This document shows positions 58,917-64,000 of a stretch of 64,000 bases of DNA, one piece after another. The stretch spans positions 1,717 to 65,716 of the forward strand of contig JBKBVY010000002.1 of NCBI GenBank assembly GCA_046289335.1, written 5' to 3'. Numbering within the stretch: position 1 is the stretch's first letter; each line of letters starts with the position of its first letter. The stretch is from Roseateles sp. (lineage in GTDB: Bacteria > Pseudomonadota > Gammaproteobacteria > Burkholderiales > Burkholderiaceae_C). The notes beneath the pieces were generated by a model. That model had not been told where the DNA came from. It made no database searches and worked only from the letters and a program-made list of their open reading frames with translations. Made by a program: the position numbers and the translations under genes.

Positions 58917-60227
58917 ATGTCCCAGACCCTGCTGCTGCCCCGCTGGCTGCTGACCATGAAGCCCGGCCAAGACACGCTGGAACACCACGGCCTGCTGATC
59001 GATGGCGAACGCATCGCCGCCATTGCCCCGCGCGATGACCTGATCGCCCAGTACCCGCAGGCCACGCGTGTCGAGCTGCCCGAGCAGATCCTCATCCCCG
59101 GCCTCATCAACGGCCATGCGCACTCGGCCATGACGCTGCTGCGCGGCGTCGCCGACGACGTGCCGCTGATGGACTGGCTGCAGAACCACATCTGGCCGCT
59201 GGAGAAGAAGTGGGTCAGCGAGGCCTGGACCTACCTGGGCTCCAAGCTGGCAGCGGCCGAGGGCCTGCGCAGCGGCACGACCTACATCAACGACATGTAC
59301 TTCTTCCCGACCGCGATGGCCCGCGCCGCGGTGGATTCGGGCGTGCGTGCCGCCGTGTCGATGAACGTCATCGACTTCCCGACCGGCTATGCCTCCGGCC
59401 CCGACGACTACATCGCCAAGGGCGTGGCCGCCTACGAGCAGTACAAGGGCGAGACGCTGCTGGACTGGACCAGCGCTCCGCATGCGCCCTACACGGTGTC
59501 CGACGAGACCTTCGTCAAGCTGCGCGACCTGGCCGAGAAGCTGGACATCCAGATGCACTGCCACATCCACGAGACGGCGGTCGAGGTGGAAGACGGCCTC
59601 AAGGCCCACGGCGTGCGCCCCATCGCGCGGCTGGACAAGCTGGGCCTGTTCAGCGAGCGCATGATCGCCGTGCACATGGTCCACCTGAACGAGGAAGAGA
59701 TCGCGCTGATGGCGCGCAAGGGCGTGCACCTGGTGCACAACCCCAACTCCAACCTCAAGCTGGCCTCGGGCGTCATGCCCTTGAAGGCGCTGGAGGCCGC
59801 GGGCGTCAACACCATCCTCGGCACCGACGGCGCGGCCTCCAACAACCGGCTGGACATGTTCGGCGAGATCCGCTCGGCCGCGCTGCTGGCCAAGGGCATC
59901 ACCGGCGACCCGACGGTGGCCTCGGCGCGCACGGCGCTGGAGATGGCGACGATCCGCGCCGCCAAGGCCATGGGCCGCGGCGACGACCTGGGCTCGCTGG
60001 AGGTGGGCAAGCTGGCCGATGTGGTGGCCGTGTCGCTGGACAGCATCGAGTGCCAGCCGGTCTACAACCCGGCCGCGCAACTGGTCTACGTGGCGGGCCG
60101 CGAGCATGTCAGCAACGTGTGGGTGGGTGGCCGGCAGGTGCTGAAGGACCGCCAGCCGACCACCATCGACGTGCCGGCCCTGCTGGCCGAGGCGCGCGAA
60201 ATCGTCGAGCGCATGAAGGCCGGCTGA
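58917..60227 (+). CDS. mtaD: TRZ/ATZ amidohydrolase, probable 5'-methylthioadenosine/SAH deaminase
   Basis: HAHSAM, WPLE, PHAPY, HIHET, SNLKLASG, GTDGAASNN. Confidence 0.8.
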   Translation: MSQTLLLPRWLLTMKPGQDTLEHHGLLIDGERIAAIAPRDDLIAQYPQATRVELPEQILIPGLINGHAHSAMTLLRGVADDVPLMDWLQNHIWPLEKKWVSEAWTYLGSKLAAAEGLRSGTTYINDMYFFPTAMARAAVDSGVRAAVSMNVIDFPTGYASGPDDYIAKGVAAYEQYKGETLLDWTSAPHAPYTVSDETFVKLRDLAEKLDIQMHCHIHETAVEVEDGLKAHGVRPIARLDKLGLFSERMIAVHMVHLNEEEIALMARKGVHLVHNPNSNLKLASGVMPLKALEAAGVNTILGTDGAASNNRLDMFGEIRSAALLAKGITGDPTVASARTALEMATIRAAKAMGRGDDLGSLEVGKLADVVAVSLDSIECQPVYNPAAQLVYVAGREHVSNVWVGGRQVLKDRQPTTIDVPALLAEAREIVERMKAG

Positions 60228-61250
60228 ATGCCGCAGGCCCGACGCTCCCGGGCCACGGGCCGCGTGACGCTGGCGGACGTGGCCCAGGCCGCGGGCGTCA
60301 GCCCCATCACCGTGTCGCGCGCACTGCGCGGCGAGCGGGCGGTGGGGCAGGAGCTGGTCGAGCGCGTGCAGGCCGCCGCCGCCGCGCTGGGCTATGTGCC
60401 CGACCCCGCCGCGCGCGCGCTGGCCTCGGCGCGCAGCTCGCATGTGGCGGTGCTGATTCCCAAGCTCAGCAACGCGGTGTTCGTGGAGCTGCTGGACGCG
60501 GTGCAGGCCACGCTGGTGCCGGCCGGCTTCCAGACGCTGATCGGCGTGACCCACTATGACGCCACCGAAGAAGAGGCGGTGCTGCGCAGCTTCCTGGCCC
60601 ATCGGCCGGCCGGTCTCATCGTCACCGGGCGTGATCACAGCCCCGCGGCGACCGCGCTGATCGATGCCAGCGGCGTGCCCTGCGTGCAGGTGATGGAGCT
60701 GGACGCCGCGCCCGGCCGCTACAGCGTGGGCTTCTCGCAGCGCGCGGCGGGGCAGGCCATCACCCAGCACCTGCTGGACTCGGGCCGCCGCCACATCGCC
60801 TACGTGGCCGCGCAGCTGGACCCGCGCACGCTGGAGCGCGGCGAAGGCTATGTGCAGGCCATGCAGCAGGCCGGCCTGCGAGACCAGGTGCGACAGATCC
60901 TGAATCCCGCGCCCTCGTCGATGGCGCTGGGCGGCGCGCTGCTGGCGCGCGTGCTGCGCGAGGCGCCCGAGACCGACGCCATCTTCTTCTGCAACGACGA
61001 CCTGGCCCAGGGCGCGCTGCTGGCCGCGCTGCGGCTGGGCGTGGAGGTGCCGGAGCGCGTGGCCATCGCCGGCTTCAACGATCTGCCGGGCAGCGACCAG
61101 ATGCTGCCGCCGCTGACCACGGTGGCCACGCCGCGCCGCGAGATCGGCGCGCAGGCCGCGCGGATGCTGATGGCGCTGATCCGCAAGCAGCCGGTGGAGG
61201 CGCCGCACCTGGACCTGGGCTTCCAGATCCAGCGGCGCGGATCAGCGTAG
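60228..61250 (+). CDS. gntR: LacI family regulator (gluconate GntR-like)
   Basis: [21 protein letters not shown]; [18 protein letters not shown]; gluconokinase nearby. Confidence 0.8.
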   Translation: MPQARRSRATGRVTLADVAQAAGVSPITVSRALRGERAVGQELVERVQAAAAALGYVPDPAARALASARSSHVAVLIPKLSNAVFVELLDAVQATLVPAGFQTLIGVTHYDATEEEAVLRSFLAHRPAGLIVTGRDHSPAATALIDASGVPCVQVMELDAAPGRYSVGFSQRAAGQAITQHLLDSGRRHIAYVAAQLDPRTLERGEGYVQAMQQAGLRDQVRQILNPAPSSMALGGALLARVLREAPETDAIFFCNDDLAQGALLAALRLGVEVPERVAIAGFNDLPGSDQMLPPLTTVATPRREIGAQAARMLMALIRKQPVEAPHLDLGFQIQRRGSA

Positions 61251-63572
61251 CTCGACGTCCAGCCGGTACGTGCGGCCAGGCTGGACGTTGCGCACCAGGC
61301 CGTCGGCCAGCGGCTGGCCGTCCAGCAGCATGCGGCCAACGCCCGTGCGGCGCACCTGCAGCTTGAACAAGGCGCCGCGGAACTCGCGTTCGGCGCTCAG
61401 TTCATGCCAGCCCGACGGCAGCTGCGGCTGCACGCGCAGCCCCTGGGCATGGCCGCGCAGGCCGCACAGGCCCTCGATGACGGCGCGGTAGGCCCAGGCC
61501 GCCGTGCCGGTGTTGAACAGCTGGCTGGAGCGGCCGGCCGTGCGCGGGTATTGCTGGTGCGCGCCGCGGTAGTAATTGGGAATGAACACCGGCAGCTGGC
61601 CGCGCTGCAGCAGGTCGGCCTCGTCCGGCCCCGGCAGCATGGCGCGCAGCGCACGCCAGGCGCGGTCGGCCTCGCCGGCGTCGTACATCGCATGGATGTA
61701 GAACGCGGCCGCGTGGTTGTAGACGGCGCCGTTCTCGGCCGAGCCGGGGTGCTTCTGCGTGACGCGGCCCACGTCGTCGCGCATGCGGGAGTAGGGCGGG
61801 TTGAACATCGCCATGCCGTGCGGCGTTTCCAGTTGCGCGTCGATGGCGACCAGCATGCGTGCGCGCTGCTCGTCGCTGGCCGCGCCGCTGAGGATGGCCC
61901 AGGACTGCGGGTTCAGGTAGATGCGGCCTTCGGTGTCGGTCTTGATGCCAAACTTGACGTCGTCGTCCGTGATGCCGCGTGCGAACCAGTCGCCGTCCCA
62001 CAGGTGGCGGTTGGCGGCGTCGTTCAGCTCCTGCGCGGCGGCGCGCCAGCGCTTGGCCGCCTCGGCGCGGCCGGCGTCGGCGCTGATGCCGGCCCACAGC
62101 TTCATCGCATAGGCGGCGGCCACCGTCAGCCAGCCGGACACGCCGCGGCCCTTGTAGCCCACCATGTTCATCGGGTCGCACCAGTCACCCTGGGCGATGA
62201 AGTTCAGGCCGCGCGCGTCGCGGTCCTGCTGCAGCCAGGCCATCGCGGCGTCCAGGCGCTGGGCGACGGTCCGGCCCATCACGTCGACGTCCAGCAGCGC
62301 GAAATCGGCCGTCTCGTCCAGGTAGGCCTGCAGGCAGACGGGCAGCCACACGCAGTGGTCGGTGTGCGGCACCTGGTTGATGTACTTCAGCTCGGCGCCC
62401 TCGACCAGCAGGATGCCGTCGGGCATGGCGCCGTTGTCGCGCTGCTGGCCCAGCGCGTGCAGCAGCGCGCCGCGCGTGACGGCCGGCGCGATGTAGGCCA
62501 TGCCGAGGTTGTCCTGCAGGTAGTTGCGCGTCTGCGGGTCGGTGCTGAGGCGGTTGACGTCGCCGTGATAGAAGACCTGGCGCGGCAGCCAGTGGTTGAC
62601 GAAGCGGTCGAAGGCCGCATCGGGCGTCGTGATGCGCAGGCAGCCGCGGCCGCTGGCGATGTAGTCGGCGTAGGCGGCGCGGGTGCGGGCGAAGCCGGCT
62701 TCGCTGAGGTAGGTCTCGCGCACCGTGGTGATCTCGGCGTCGTCCAGCGCCGGGCCGAACAGGAAGTGGTAGGTTTCGCTGCCACCGGCCTCCAGGGCCA
62801 GTCTGTACTGCACGCAGGCTGCGGGCGTCTCGTAGCGCGCGTCGCCGCCGGCCAGGGTGTCGGCCTGCAGCGCGCTGGGGTGGTGCAGGCCGCCTTCGCC
62901 TTCGAATGCGGCCTGGCATGCTTCCCACGCGTCGGGCGTGCGCTCGCAGAGGAAGTAGGTCTTGTCCTTCAGGTGCAGATTCTTGAAGTGGTCCGCCACC
63001 TTCTGGTAAGGCGTCACGCTGCTGGCGACGATGCCGCCCAGGTCGGCACGCCACTCGGCGGACTGGTTCATCCACGACATGTAGCCGATGGAGAAGTAGG
63101 GCACGACGCTGACGCGCCGCGGCCGGCCGCTCAGGTCGGTGACACGCAGCTCCCACAGCTCCACCACGTCGTCGGTGGGCAGGCCCAGGCGCATCTCCAC
63201 GCGCAGGCCCAGGTGCTCCACGGTCCAGGCCAGGTCATGCGCGCCGGCGGTGAAGCTGAAGCGGTCGACCTTCGCTCGCACCGGCTCGTAGGGGGCCGAG
63301 AACAGCGCGCCGGTCTCCTCGTCCTTCACGTAGACGAAGCGTCCCGGGTGGTGGGCGTAGTAGGCCTGCTCCGGCTGCATGAAGGTCTTGGCCTCCAGGT
63401 TGGGCGCATGCGCGTACTTGGCCGGTTCGGGCTGCATGAACTGCGCGGTGGCGTAGCCGCGGCAGGTCACCTGGATCATCATGCGGCGGTTCCATAGGAA
63501 GCCGCCGGCCAGCGGCATGGCGGTGGGGCTGGTCAGCTCGCAGCGGGCGCCGTCGTCGTGGTGGTGGATCAT
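61242..63572 (-). CDS. GH94 glycoside phosphorylase ('NdvB'-like), probable cellobionic acid phosphorylase
   Basis: [48 protein letters not shown]. Confidence 0.8.
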   Translation of the reverse strand: MIHHHDDGARCELTSPTAMPLAGGFLWNRRMMIQVTCRGYATAQFMQPEPAKYAHAPNLEAKTFMQPEQAYYAHHPGRFVYVKDEETGALFSAPYEPVRAKVDRFSFTAGAHDLAWTVEHLGLRVEMRLGLPTDDVVELWELRVTDLSGRPRRVSVVPYFSIGYMSWMNQSAEWRADLGGIVASSVTPYQKVADHFKNLHLKDKTYFLCERTPDAWEACQAAFEGEGGLHHPSALQADTLAGGDARYETPAACVQYRLALEAGGSETYHFLFGPALDDAEITTVRETYLSEAGFARTRAAYADYIASGRGCLRITTPDAAFDRFVNHWLPRQVFYHGDVNRLSTDPQTRNYLQDNLGMAYIAPAVTRGALLHALGQQRDNGAMPDGILLVEGAELKYINQVPHTDHCVWLPVCLQAYLDETADFALLDVDVMGRTVAQRLDAAMAWLQQDRDARGLNFIAQGDWCDPMNMVGYKGRGVSGWLTVAAAYAMKLWAGISADAGRAEAAKRWRAAAQELNDAANRHLWDGDWFARGITDDDVKFGIKTDTEGRIYLNPQSWAILSGAASDEQRARMLVAIDAQLETPHGMAMFNPPYSRMRDDVGRVTQKHPGSAENGAVYNHAAAFYIHAMYDAGEADRAWRALRAMLPGPDEADLLQRGQLPVFIPNYYRGAHQQYPRTAGRSSQLFNTGTAAWAYRAVIEGLCGLRGHAQGLRVQPQLPSGWHELSAEREFRGALFKLQVRRTGVGRMLLDGQPLADGLVRNVQPGRTYRLDVELR

Positions 63573-63662
63573 GGGGGCGGGGGGCCGGTCGTGTGCGCCG
63601 TCACGTCATGCGGGATGCGAGCGGTGCAGGGGTTGGGGATCCTCACGACAAGCCGCATCTGG

Positions 63663-64000
63663 TCATGGTGGCGTCATGGCAGGGGGCGGTTGCAGCCAGG
63701 CGCAGATGCGGTCCTGCAACTCGTCCAGCGGGCGCAGCGCGTCCAGCCGCAGCACGCCGGCCTCGCCGGTGGGCGGCTCCAGCGTGTCGAACTGGCTGTC
63801 CATCAGGCTGGCCGCGAAGAAGTGGCCGCCGCGGGTGCTGACGCGCAGCCGGGCCTCGTGCGGCGCGATGTCCAGGTAGGCGAAGCGCAGGCCCGGCGAG
63901 GCGGCGCGGAGCTGGTCGCGGTAGCTGCGCTTCAGCGCCGAGCAGGCCAGCAGGGCGCCGGGCTGGCGGCGCAGTTCGTCGCACAGGCGGGCCAGCCAGC
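63663..64000 (-). CDS. gntK: gluconokinase (GntK), 5' part outside window
   Basis: Manual translation: WLARLCDELRRQPGALLACSALKRSYRDQLR...HFFAASLMDSQFDTLEPP. Confidence 0.88.
   Translation of the reverse strand, partial: WLARLCDELRRQPGALLACSALKRSYRDQLRAASPGLRFAYLDIAPHEARLRVSTRGGHFFAASLMDSQFDTLEPPTGEAGVLRLDALRPLDELQDRICAWLQPPPAMTPP

Noticed and set aside
56493-61208. 1571-aa minus-strand ORF and other very long overlapping ORFs (35070..38495, 27746..30517, 46030..48531, 53707..56196)
   Set aside because: Stop-poor antisense or alternative frames expected with high GC3 codon bias; each overlaps well-supported genes and lacks recognisable domains
1-64000. CRISPR arrays, IS elements, prophage, long tandem repeats
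   Set aside because: None seen on manual reading; the window is densely coding with short intergenic regions

Overview
High-GC betaproteobacterial (Burkholderiales, Roseateles/Pelomonas-like; inferred from gene content and synteny) chromosomal window with no IS, prophage, integrase or CRISPR visible. 1-18.2 kb is the end of an exopolysaccharide locus: a Wzx flippase, five glycosyltransferases, an SDR, a GMC oxidoreductase, a DegT aminotransferase and two CelD/BcsL-type GNATs. It also carries the exosortase-A-associated cassette (ACP, AMP-ligase, PLP decarboxylase, two atypical alpha/beta hydrolases). Next come bpt-aat (N-degron transferases), arsC/yffB, a sigma54-type amt, riboflavin synthase, and a kdp operon with an extra 35-aa peptide and an inserted corA. 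These are followed by a rhomboid, tRNA-Leu(CAA), cysM-NUDIX-tusA, galU, a degenerate 2-hydroxyacid dehydrogenase, valS, guaC with a structured leader, DUF3422, a FabH-like enzyme, sbcB, a degenerate PAS-GGDEF and a sigma28-type mini rod protein. The window ends with the TCA cluster (acnB with an adjacent VapBC-type TA pair, citE-like, mdh, GntR, sdhCDABE, gltA), ribokinase-MtaD, a LacI/GntR, a GH94 cellobionate-phosphorylase-like gene and a partial gluconokinase. Best leads: (i) an ACP-tethered amino-acid decarboxylation/acyl-transfer route for decorating EPS; (ii) a promoter-proximal terminator/alternative-hairpin leader upstream of guaC that could sense purine NTPs; (iii) the modified kdp operon; (iv) a 15-bp motif shared by the mdh and sdhC upstream regions. 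All calls are from manual reading of the sequence; no database searches were run.
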